Shown: positions 18,340-26,369 of the stretch, piece after piece | Position numbering within the stretch: the stretch's first letter is position 1 | Layout: every line of letters starts with the position of its first letter | Assembly: GCA_016699935.1 (NCBI GenBank) | Contig: CP064992.1 | Coordinates: 810,001 to 842,000 of the forward strand | DNA from: Candidatus Saccharimonadota bacterium | GTDB lineage: Bacteria; Patescibacteriota; Saccharimonadia; Saccharimonadales; UBA4665 | Reading direction: 5' to 3' | Length of the DNA stretch: 32,000 bases | Program-made: the position numbers and the translations under genes | Notes under the pieces: generated by a model | What the model saw: only the letters and a program-made list of their open reading frames with translations | Databases searched by the model: none | What the model was told of the DNA's origin: nothing

Positions 18340-18590
18340 GCAAATATAAAAATACCCTTACAGTAAAGCTGATTATTCAGTTCTACTGCAAGGGTGATAA
18401 AGTCACGGTGCCACCTTGCTTTGTTGCTCTATTGCTATTGCAACCTTTGTACCTGCGAAAGGAATATGCTGTAACGGGCATGTCCGAGGAGTTCTAATAA
18501 CCTTACGGCGTTCTTCTCCTAGCTCAGCAGTGTCGGCTGCGTCATAGCTCCTAGGCACTACTTTACCACAGAGCTTAATGATTTGCTAGT
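18340..18590 (-). promoter_or_regulatory. T-box riboswitch leader (terminator/antiterminator type) upstream of aspS
   Basis: The minus-strand RNA contains AAAGCAAGGUGGCACCGUGAC (plus 18402-18423), matching the T-box consensus AAnnnGGGUGGUACCGCG. The antiterminator pairing is GCAAGG..CCUUGC, with bulge UGGC able to pair with a tRNA 3' end GCCA. The AAAGUAGUG element near the 5' end resembles the Stem I AGUA motif. A mutually exclusive terminator follows. Confidence 0.7.
18346..18395 (-). terminator. Intrinsic terminator of the T-box leader
   Basis: A 12-bp stem ACCCUUGCAGUA / UACUGUAAGGGU (one G-U pair) is followed by AUUUUUAU. Its 5' strand overlaps the 3' strand of the antiterminator. Confidence 0.65.
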
Positions 18591-18644
18591 GTTTTAATAA
18601 GATTGCATAATAAGTAGCCAAAGCTCGATATTGTATAATATATG

Positions 18645-18685
18645 TATAGGGACTGGACAATTTCGCCCAACCACTTGCTCACTTC
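18645..18685. repeat. Repeat S1 (~80% identical to 22141-22180)
   Basis: ATAGGGACTGGACAATTTCGCCCAACCACTTGCTCACTT versus ATAGGGTTGGGACCATTTCGCTCAACTATTTGCTGACTT. Read on the minus strand, both lie just upstream of a gene (T-box-aspS and the DUF3592 gene) and include a -35-like TTGTCC/TGGTCC. Confidence 0.6.
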
Positions 18686-18799
18686 ATAATAATACAAAGC
18701 ACACCTGATAATCCAACTAGATAAGCCATAGGTTCACAACTACGCAGGGAGAGGTAATGACCACTGTACTCCCTTGAGTAACTCTACCCAACGCAGTAT

Positions 18800-18985
18800 C
18801 TCCTCACAGATAAGGTTCCAGTTCGCCTCTATCAGGGTCACCAAGTAAAAAGCTCAGCCATAAGGCTGGGCTTTTTACTTGGTTCCTTCAGGCTGAGGCG
18901 AACTCTGAAGAACGAGCGAAGCGAATGGGGAGTTCGCTAATCGAGGGTGCGCGTTAGGAGCCAAAGCTCCGAGCACGCCGCAAGA
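18800..18985 (+). repeat. Repeat R1: GC-rich hairpin element, containing a tRNA-3'-end-like remnant and a terminator-like hairpin
   Basis: It shares tcctcacagat(a/g)aggttcca..cttggtt(c/t)cttcaggc(t/c)gagg(c/t)gaactc(t/c)gaagaacgagcgaagcgaatggggagt with 21023-21100. Local hairpins are GCGAACTC..GAGTTCGC and GGAGC-CAAA-GCTCC. The extra segment 18821-18883 reads gttcgcctctatcagggtcacca plus ACCAAGTAAAAAGC..GCTTTTTACTTGGT. Confidence 0.7.
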
Positions 18986-19309
18986 ATATACAAAGTATTC
19001 TCCTTGGGTCACAAATAAATTGCAAAGCAAATGCCAGTATCCGCAAATTCAGCGTCGTCGTTACTCCAGCGAGTGATTGTAACCTCATCCCCTCAATCGC
19101 CATAGCAGCATTTTGAACCGGCACTTCTTAAAAGTAGCTGGCATATTCGTCCTTCAGCTCGTCTATGGATTAAGTAGCCCTAACTTGTAATTTGCGTATC
19201 AACTAAAATCGTACACCAAGCCCTACAATACGAACAGCGGGCATCGTTGATTTTCTATAAGTATGGGGCTATAGTTTTTTTAGTAGTTCATGATATCGAA
19301 AGAACAAAT

Positions 19310-20188
19310 ATGCAAGATGATGAAAACACTAAACTCACAGATATTAACCTCACTACTCCTATTCCGCTAACCGCGGTACCAAGTGGTCAGAAAGAAATTC
19401 ACCCCTCACCAGCCTTTGTGGAGGAGCTACAAGCTCAGCAGCAACAAACCCCGCAGCCCCTACAACCTACGGTTGTTAGCTTAGAGCCCGCCCAACCTAG
19501 TCAACCAACACCTTCACAACCTATACACCCCGGCTTTAGAGCACCTTCTAATGGTCAAATGCAAGTGGGTATGTCGGCAAGTCAAATGGGGTATAACGAA
19601 CCAAAGAATAAATTACTTGACTTTAACCCTACGAAGCTGATTACTAAAGCTGTGGTGGGTTTTGTGGCTCTGGGTGGTATTCTTGCAGTTCTTGTAGCTA
19701 CAAACATCATTCCTCTAAGCCAGTTTAAGACAATTGAATATGTCAACTCCAAGGGCATTCACTACAGATTGAACTTCTATACTAAGCACAGCACAAAGAC
19801 AATAAGCGCAGGTAACACCCAATTAGTGTCCAAGGTTTCGAAAGGTGGTAAGTTTCCGCTTACTCTATCCATAGCAAATGGTGATGAGAGCTGGTATAGC
19901 CGAGTAAAGAATTGTGGTAGTTACACTAAGGTCTTTGATGTCCAAAACGATAATCTTGACCAAAAGATTTCTGTTTGCAACCTACCGCTCGGACAGAATA
20001 CGCCAGCTGGCGTTTACGTTGCCGGTATTCTCTACAATAATCAAACCAGCATTGTCACGTTTAGCCAAGACCTGTCGGGTACAGATTTATCTAGCCCGAG
20101 TGGTGCACAACAATCGCTCGCTAAGTTTGGCCTAGACCCCTATCAAGACGACATTAGGAAAATAACAGCTTCAATCAAAGTTCGGTAG
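19310..20188 (+). CDS. Hypothetical single-pass membrane protein (Gln/Pro-rich N-terminus, TM, ~150-aa C-terminal domain)
   Basis: Track ORF 19247..20188; the likely start is MQDDENTK at 19310. The TM helix is AVVGFVALGGILAVLVATNIIPL. I recognise no family. Confidence 0.5.
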   Translation: MQDDENTKLTDINLTTPIPLTAVPSGQKEIHPSPAFVEELQAQQQQTPQPLQPTVVSLEPAQPSQPTPSQPIHPGFRAPSNGQMQVGMSASQMGYNEPKNKLLDFNPTKLITKAVVGFVALGGILAVLVATNIIPLSQFKTIEYVNSKGIHYRLNFYTKHSTKTISAGNTQLVSKVSKGGKFPLTLSIANGDESWYSRVKNCGSYTKVFDVQNDNLDQKISVCNLPLGQNTPAGVYVAGILYNNQTSIVTFSQDLSGTDLSSPSGAQQSLAKFGLDPYQDDIRKITASIKVR

Positions 20189-20240
20189 TATTAACCAAAA
20201 CCCCAAATTTAGGTTTTTTAGTTCGTACTGCCGAAGGAAG

Positions 20241-20906
20241 TCATTCACGGCTTGAAATCGAGTGTCGTATTGGCGCCCAATCAATAAGCTGCATTTGCTT
20301 CATAATTAAATAGCCCAGGATTATGAAACCTATGATTATAAAAGGTGCAAGCACTCGTATGAACCTTGACTTAATAATTCCAATGATAAGTCCGGATATT
20401 CCTGCACCCGCCAGATAACTTAGCGTTCTACGGCTATCGCCTGCCATGTTTCCCCGTATCAACCCGCCTAAGACGCCCGATGAAAGTGGCACTTCAGGGT
20501 TTGGGTCATCGCTACCTTTTGTGACTATGGCTTCTGTTTTCAGTTTTAGGTCGAGTAAGAAAAGTAAATCATCTGGGTTAATCCGTGGTTTGAACTCAAT
20601 TATTTTTCCAAATTCGCCCCTGTCAAGCCAGCGGTAATGACACTTTATACAACTATCAATAATAATGCCGGTCGAGTTATAGTCTACGCGGTTCATTATT
20701 GCGCCACAGTGCGGGCAAACAAGTTCGCTATCCCGTTTAGGTATTGGCGCGGAAGTGTCCGTCTCCATAACTTCAACTTTGCTTTCAAGCTGTATGTCCT
20801 TATCAAGTAGATGGCTACTGATTATTAACACTCCGTCATCATTAGGGCATATAAAACTGTCGTCTGCTATGGGGTTAAGGGATCTATTACATATCGGGCA
20901 ATTCAT
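20241..20906 (-). CDS. Zinc-ribbon (zf-TFIIB-like) membrane protein
   Basis: MNCPICNRSL..FICPNDDG and CPHCGAIMNRVDYNSTGIIIDSCIKCHYRWLDRGEFGKI match the CxxC..CxxC..WLDxGE pattern of the PF13453-type zinc-ribbon. The C-terminus has hydrophobic helices (AGAGISGLIIGII and LAPFIIIGFIILGYLIM). Confidence 0.6.
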   Translation of the reverse strand: MNCPICNRSLNPIADDSFICPNDDGVLIISSHLLDKDIQLESKVEVMETDTSAPIPKRDSELVCPHCGAIMNRVDYNSTGIIIDSCIKCHYRWLDRGEFGKIIEFKPRINPDDLLFLLDLKLKTEAIVTKGSDDPNPEVPLSSGVLGGLIRGNMAGDSRRTLSYLAGAGISGLIIGIIKSRFIRVLAPFIIIGFIILGYLIMKQMQLIDWAPIRHSISSRE

Positions 20907-21022
20907 ACCTTAAACTATAGTAGTTTTTGACTTATCTTTCTATCATGATTAGTACGTATCTGTTGCTGCAGGTAATTCCAACGACTAAAGTCGTTTACAG
21001 CGCATTCGTTTCCATTGAATTA

Positions 21023-21150
21023 CCTCCTCACAGATGAGGTTCCACTTGGTTTCTTCAGGCCGAGGTGAACTCCGAAGAACGAGCGAAGCGAATGGGGAGT
21101 GCGATAACAAGCTAGCTCTCGCAGGAGCTCGCTCCGAGAAAGCTCGTGGT
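21023..21150 (+). repeat. Repeat R2: GC-rich hairpin element
   Basis: See R1. This copy lacks the tRNA-like/terminator insert. It contains the hairpin GGAGC-TC-GCTCC. Track ORF 20985..21179 (minus strand) overlaps it and is probably spurious. Confidence 0.7.
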
Positions 21151-21220
21151 CTATCGTGACTAATTACCAATTCGAGCATGCTAGAACAGTGCTCTGATAC
21201 ATGAGGTCTGGTTTCTTTGA

Positions 21221-22126
21221 CTAAGTTTGAGAAGGTGGAGGTGTAGGGTTTATAGGTGGCGTTGAGGGTCCTCTGTGCGCAAGTGGAGTGACCTGCTTAT
21301 TTTGCGTTGCAGATTTGATGAGCTCTCCTATTCTTTGAGGGGTAAGATTAGGTATATCGGCAACATCCACATAGTAGTCTTGAGGACGTAGAGGGTCTAT
21401 ATACACATCTATTGGAATCGGGGTATTGCGAAAATCAGCCACAGCTAATCCTCCAATCCCCGTTAACGAATCGCTAGTATAATTCTGTACCGCACCACTT
21501 GGGTCGGTAGCCGCAACAACAATCTTGTAACCACTATTATTGTTGCTGCCATCAGGTCGTATATCTACTAAGATGCCTTGTAGCTTCTGGCCGCTTTGCA
21601 TAAGCTGGTTGATGTTGTTACTACGCCTAGCGGAACGAATAAAGGCATACGGAGCTATAGCCAGACAAGCTACACCAACCATAGGGAACAAATATATGAT
21701 CCACTGGGTACTGGCACTCTGCACCACTTTTGATTGGTCTGGACGAACAGGGTTATATGCAATCTCTCTTTTTTCGCCTATGCGTGGATATGATGATGAG
21801 CTTATACTACTAGCTACTCTATACGATTGACCGTTCACCTCGTATTGTACAATCGGTGAGTAAGTTGTAGAGCCGTCGTTCCTATGGCTTGAAGAATCAA
21901 CAACCTCGCCCGTAACTCTTGTCCAGCTAGGGTCTACTTTGTTTGATATGAGCGCAAATACACCCACCCCAGTAAAGATTGCTCCAAACAACATTAAGAA
22001 TAGGAGTGAGCCTATACCAAACTTTTGTCGTCTGGCTTTGTAATTTGCCATATTTGGACGGAAGTTTATATTCATATTGTAAAGATTATCACAAAAATGC
22101 TTACGGCTAATAGCGACATCGATCAA
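21221..22126 (-). CDS. DUF3592-like membrane protein
   Basis: A TM helix (LLFLMLFGAIFTGVGVFALI) is followed by TRVTGEVVDSSSHRNDGSTTYSPIVQYEVNGQSYRVASSISSSSYPRIGEKREIAYNPVRPDQ and a second TM. This is the typical DUF3592 layout. The true start is probably MANYKARRQ at 22051. Confidence 0.6.
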   Translation of the reverse strand: MIDVAISRKHFCDNLYNMNINFRPNMANYKARRQKFGIGSLLFLMLFGAIFTGVGVFALISNKVDPSWTRVTGEVVDSSSHRNDGSTTYSPIVQYEVNGQSYRVASSISSSSYPRIGEKREIAYNPVRPDQSKVVQSASTQWIIYLFPMVGVACLAIAPYAFIRSARRSNNINQLMQSGQKLQGILVDIRPDGSNNNSGYKIVVAATDPSGAVQNYTSDSLTGIGGLAVADFRNTPIPIDVYIDPLRPQDYYVDVADIPNLTPQRIGELIKSATQNKQVTPLAHRGPSTPPINPTPPPSQT

Positions 22127-22140
22127 TACCGGACTATCAC

Positions 22141-22180
22141 CATAGGGTTGGGACCATTTCGCTCAACTATTTGCTGACTT
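22141..22180. repeat. Repeat S2 (pairs with 18645-18685)
   Basis: See S1. Confidence 0.6.
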
Positions 22181-22183
22181 TTA

Positions 22184-22240
22184 ACAAGCTAAGCCCTAAG
22201 GACGGGCTTCTTACCTGATTTTTTCAGGCTGAGCCGAACG
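22184..22240 (+). repeat. Repeat R3: partial R element (terminator-like hairpin plus ttcaggctgagccgaac)
   Basis: About 80% identity to 18846-18903: AAGCT(C/A)AGCC.TAAGG.C.GGGCTT.TTAC.TG.....TTCAGGCTGAG.CGAAC. Confidence 0.6.
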
Positions 22241-22324
22241 CATTGCGTGATGCAGACAGCCCCCACCATAGATCAAACCAAATATCATCATACCTATTAA
22301 TCACATTTCGTGATTTACAAGAGT

Positions 22325-23623
22325 TCAACCCACTGTTGCTGATGTTAGTTCATGTATTTTTCGGTGTTTGTATATGTAGAAATCTCGGAAACCATCGGAT
22401 AGCATAGATACCTTATATTTTTCAAATAGCAGATAATCTATGGCTTCTGTAAGCTTTACTACGTCAATCTCTCCTGTTTGGAGCCTGTTCGTCAGCTCGT
22501 CGAAAGTATCTTTGATATATGTTAGTACTGCCTCTGCATCTTCATTGTGGTAGATAAAGTGTCCATTTGTGTCAATGTCATACTTCCGCCCCCCTATCTC
22601 AATACTATCTATGATTGTAATACCGTTTTCGCTGATAAATGTGTCGTATTCATTACCAAATAGGTCTTGATCATCAAGGATGTCCGTAGTGTAGTCTGCT
22701 GGTGTCTTGGCATCGAGACGTTGCTGAACAGCAATGGCTACTTTTGCTGGCGTAGGTGGTGGCCCTTGCGGGTCGGATGCTGATAATTCTTTTCCACTAT
22801 TGTTGGCAGATCTTTTCTATCTGTCATCAGTCCAAATTGTTGCTCAGATAGCCCGTATTTTTCGTAGACAGTTTGTAGCAATTCCGTGAAACCAGTCAAA
22901 TCCCCTTGAAAAAGCAGAGATAAATATAATCTTTAACCTGCTCAGCCGACAATGGCCGGAGTATGCCACTAGTGTCATACGTGCCTAGCTCGAGAGTAAC
23001 TGCGTCGTTAATTACCTGATTCAATAGGTCGCGATAGTCTTCGTAGGTTTCATGCACACCAGGAAAATGTCTATAGCAAGCTGTTCCGTTACGGCCTCGT
23101 TGAATGCCAGGAAGTAGCTGCTTGTTAATTGGTTTTCTTTGCCTTTTCGTATATCAAGTCCGAAATGTCTGCGAAAACCGACGTTGTTTTGTTGAGCAAT
23201 AGGCGAATCAGCGCGTACAGCCTCGTCATAGTTGCGCCCATTGTGTGATAAAAAGTGGAGGTATTCATGAATAAATACTTTAGTCTGGCCGCGCGATCCG
23301 CTGGGTATCTGCCCCGTGACGATTGTAATAGTGTTTTTATCCGAATCAAAGTACCCTGCCCAATGAGGATAGTCTAAGTCTGCATCTACAAACTGGATAG
23401 TGGGCATCGCTAGGTTAGGTCTGGTCAACAAGTTGTTGCTGCCCAAGATACTGTTAACTTTACGTTCTACGAGTGAAACGCCCGTATTTACAACTTCGTC
23501 TTGCTCGGGCGTAAGGGTAGGAATAGTTTCCAGCTCAATCACACCTTTTGGCAATGAAATTGGGGGGCGTTTGCCGTAATATTCGTTGAGGTTTGCTACA
23601 GTTTTTTCTGGTGTTGGTTGCAT
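22325..23623 (-). pseudogene. HExxH-motif protein (~430 aa if repaired); at least 4 frame breaks downstream of 23021
   Basis: ORF 23021..23623 contains VFIHEYLHFLSH (HExxH). My frame-walking continues it as ..AIDIFPGVHETYEDYRDLLNQVINDAVTLELG..YLCFFKGDLTGFTELLQTVYEKYGLSEQQFGLMTD..PPPTPAKVAIAVQQRLDAK..GRKYDIDTNGHFIYHNEDAEAVLTYIKDTFDELTNRLQTGEIDVVKL..HELTSATVG, stop at 22325-22327. This explains why no ORF of 60 aa or more appears in 22127-23020. Breaks fall at short C, G and A runs. Confidence 0.45.
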
Positions 23624-23739
23624 AATGTAATATTGTGTTATAAAAATGGCTCTTGCTAAGTGGGTAGACCTTACCTAAATATATAATAACACTAAAATGT
23701 AATAAAGCAAATAGGTAATATACAAACTATTGCTTATGG

Positions 23740-24171
23740 TTACTTGTGGTATGGCAGCCCGGCGTTGATGGTGCTGGCGCGGTAGAGGGCTTCGGCCGTG
23801 ACGACCATAGCGAGATCGTGCGGAAGTGTCAGGCGGCCAAGTGACCACTGGTAGTCTGCGGTGTCGCGTACTGCTTGTGGCAAACCATTTGGTCCCCCGA
23901 TGATGAAGCTGACTTCCCTGCTTTCAAGCTCACGGGCACGCAAAAAATCGGCCAGTTTTTCGCTGGTGTATTCCACCCCGTTTATTTCAAGCACCACTGT
24001 TATTGTGCCTCGTATTTCACCCAGGATGTGCTTTACGTCGTCGGCGTATTTATCGGCCAAATGCGTTGTACGCACCTGGTGTAGTTTTTGCAGGCGGGCG
24101 AGATACTCATCCCAGCCTGATTTGGCATAGTCTAGCTTTGGCTTCCCGATGGTGACGAGGTGCAGTTTCAT
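23740..24171 (-). CDS. rlmH: 23S rRNA (pseudouridine1915-N3)-methyltransferase RlmH
   Basis: 143-aa SPOUT protein: MKLHLVTIGKPKLDYAKSGWDEYLARL..FIIGGPNGLPQAVRDTADYQWSLGRLTLPHDLAMVVTAEALYRA. The ORF is intact. Its start overlaps the upstream stop (ATGA at 24168-24171). Confidence 0.9.
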   Translation of the reverse strand: MKLHLVTIGKPKLDYAKSGWDEYLARLQKLHQVRTTHLADKYADDVKHILGEIRGTITVVLEINGVEYTSEKLADFLRARELESREVSFIIGGPNGLPQAVRDTADYQWSLGRLTLPHDLAMVVTAEALYRASTINAGLPYHK

Positions 24172-24785
24172 AGGTGGATAACTCCCAGATTATGCACAAC
24201 CGTTATTTCGGCTGTGGAGAAATATTCGTGGGTTGCTTTGGCTGCACCCGGTAGTGCTTCTCGGGAATAATCATCGATAATGATGGTACTACCGTGAGCC
24301 ATGTGTGGCACGACTAGTCGCAGTGAATCTCGAATGCTTTCGTAGAAATCGCCATCTAGAAATGCAAAGGCAATCTTGTCCGGAATGTCGGTAGGACTAA
24401 GGTCTTTGAACCAGCCTTTGTGAACAATGGGTGGCTGCAAGTGGGCTTTCTGGAACTCACGGAGAAACTGTTTTTTACTAACTGCCAGTTCGCCCGCGGT
24501 GAACTGTTCCCCTGTTATCGAAGCGTCCCAGGTGGATTTGGTCGGTAAACCTTCAAATGAATCATACACGTGGAACGGTATGTATGCGGACTGTCCTCGC
24601 GCATCGAGCAAGCGACGGATAAAGAGGCTGGTCGTGCCGATGTAGCAACCAAACTCGACGACTGCTCCTTCTACTCCACCATCAAGCACGCGCGTTAGCT
24701 CGCGCAAAATGACCTCAACCTGCTGCTTACTGACCTGGTCGGAGATGAGGGAGTGTTTGGCTAGAAGTGAATCGAAAACATTCAT
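24168..24785 (-). CDS. TylF/MycF-family class I SAM-dependent O-methyltransferase
   Basis: VVEFGCYIGTTSLFI..FHVYDSFEGLP..IVHKGWFKDL..IAFAFLDGDFYESIRDSLRLVVPHMAHGSTIIIDDY fits the Methyltransf_24 (macrocin O-methyltransferase) pattern. Confidence 0.75.
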   Translation of the reverse strand: MNVFDSLLAKHSLISDQVSKQQVEVILRELTRVLDGGVEGAVVEFGCYIGTTSLFIRRLLDARGQSAYIPFHVYDSFEGLPTKSTWDASITGEQFTAGELAVSKKQFLREFQKAHLQPPIVHKGWFKDLSPTDIPDKIAFAFLDGDFYESIRDSLRLVVPHMAHGSTIIIDDYSREALPGAAKATHEYFSTAEITVVHNLGVIHL

Positions 24786-24948
24786 GAGGATAGATTAGCC
24801 TTTATCGTGTCACCTGTCACCATGCTGCGGGAATAATGGCCAAATGATACTTGCCAAATTTCTGCTTAATGCAACCTGATGTGTCTGCTAAATGTATAGC
24901 CAAACACCACACATGAGGTATTTCGGGAAGCTGTGGTGTTTGGGCATG

Positions 24949-25698
24949 CTACAGGGTCTGCCATAGGTGGTCGAAAAGTTCTTTTTGGAGGTGCGTGACA
25001 CCGGGGTTATTGATGACTATAGCAGATAAAACATTGGCGTCGTTCATGGTTATTAGGGCAGTTTTGTCACCGAAGATTAGCGTGTAGCAGTTTGGCGCTT
25101 CGCCCCGTGTGGCTGGTAGCTCTCTGCGCTCGCTGAGTTCATCGGTGCTGCCACCGCTTCCGACGCCGATGACGCGCACGCTGATACCTTCGGCTATGCG
25201 GCGTTGGGTGAAGTTGGGAAAGTTATGGTACAGATACTGTCGAACACGTTTGGTTGAAATGACGCGGTAGGCTTGAGCATCCTGCTCGCGGCAGGTGGCA
25301 AGGACATCGCGTAATATGGCGGCGACACCCTCATGGTCTTCGTAGAATGTAGCGAATGATGCTGCTTCTATTGCTGCTTGATCTGGCCGAGGGAGATTTG
25401 CGATGTAAGATTTGGCGAGCATTTCGGCGGCAGCGGCTTGCTCCTGCCGCTCCTTGAGGAGCTCAATTATGACCTCTGGGTTACTAGCGGTGTAGCGGCG
25501 TTGCTTGCCGACCTCTATAGAGCCCACAAGTCCCTGCTCTGCCAGCTTTTTCATACTTTCGTACACGCTGCCGCGGTTTATACCCGTATCGGCTGCAATC
25601 TTCCGCAAACTGCTCTGCGGGCTAGCAACGAGCGCCTCATACACCCGCCTGTCACGAGTTTCCAAGCCAATTTCCTCAAATCGAAATGCATTTGCCAT
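24949..25698 (-). CDS. TrmB-family transcriptional regulator (N-terminal winged HTH)
   Basis: EEIGLETRDRRVYEALVASPQSSLRKIAADTGINRGSVYESMKKLAEQGLVGSIEVGKQRRYTASNPEVIIELL matches the TrmB N-terminal domain pattern. Confidence 0.7.
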   Translation of the reverse strand: MANAFRFEEIGLETRDRRVYEALVASPQSSLRKIAADTGINRGSVYESMKKLAEQGLVGSIEVGKQRRYTASNPEVIIELLKERQEQAAAAEMLAKSYIANLPRPDQAAIEAASFATFYEDHEGVAAILRDVLATCREQDAQAYRVISTKRVRQYLYHNFPNFTQRRIAEGISVRVIGVGSGGSTDELSERRELPATRGEAPNCYTLIFGDKTALITMNDANVLSAIVINNPGVTHLQKELFDHLWQTL

Positions 25699-25813
25699 GT
25701 GCTCGGATTATAACAGACATCACATGGTTATGATTAATGTCACATATTTATGGCCACTCACTGTTTTGATTCACTATATTTCATTTATAATGAAAACATA
25801 AAGGAGTATTGTT

Positions 25814-26250
25814 ATGCCCTTGCAGTCACTTGAGCAGCTTGGTTCTGTGCAAATAAGACCAGATCATTTTTTATTCACAGGCGTAGAATGTTCTAAATAT
25901 AGGGGTTCTGTTGCGACCCAATGTATCAAAGAGGCTGTAGATCTCGCAGAAGAACGATCGCACAGAGTACTACCGAACGGTCTAATTTTGAGGTTTCACC
26001 CGCTATTCAAGAATCTGATTCGTTCATGCAGATTGCGCACACTCTTGGTGCAAGTGCTGTTACCTTTCAATCTGACAGATGGAGCTCGACTGGTAACCCC
26101 TGGCGAGACGAATTGCGAGAAGCCCGAGAAGTTCTATTCCCATCAACTAAACCGGCTTGCCCTTCCCGCACTCTAAGTTCTGCTGCATCGCGAGAAGTTG
26201 CTCATCAATTCGTACTTCACGCCTGTCATGAGAGGGTAGTCGCTGCCTAG
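25814..26250 (+). CDS. Hypothetical protein, probably one frameshift (track ORFs 25814..26176 and 25921..26250)
   Basis: AAGGAG RBS sits 8 nt before the ATG at 25814. Two overlapping frames are each partly plausible. I recognise no family. Confidence 0.3.
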
Positions 26251-26369
26251 TAGGAGCGGTTCATTGCTTGTACTATGGGTAATACGGTCCAGTTGCTGGT
26301 GTAGTGGGGCTGAGCATGTAACTGTGCGGGTTTCCGAGCGCTACTGAGAAGTTCGGGTGCCGGGCAGTT

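Larger units (their letters stand above)
14520..19012. mobile_element. ~4.5 kb integrated element in the 3' end of tRNA-Glu (serine recombinase, small ORF, DUF5681 gene, T-box-AspRS cargo)
   Basis: The tRNA 3' segment attctccttggggtcac (14520-14536) recurs as attctccttgggtcac (18997-19012, one G fewer). The recombinase gene abuts and overlaps the tRNA. The cargo has a phage-like flavour. Confidence 0.6.

Noticed and set aside
20985-21179. Track ORF (64 aa, minus strand) across the R2 repeat.
   Set aside because: It lies entirely within a repeat element, has biased Ser/Arg/Pro composition, and the equivalent frame is closed in R1.
18800-22262. Integron-like cassette array, with the R elements acting as attC sites.
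   Set aside because: There is no IntI-type tyrosine recombinase and no recognisable RYYYAAC/GTTRRRY attC core sites. Gene orientations are mixed, and the R elements share long primary-sequence identity, unlike attC sites.
23624-23760. SCC-like scenario: a serine recombinase plus accessory DNA abutting the 3' end of rlmH, as in staphylococcal cassette chromosomes.
   Set aside because: I found no repeat of the rlmH 3' end elsewhere in the window. The recombinase is 7.6 kb away and has its own att repeats at tRNA-Glu.
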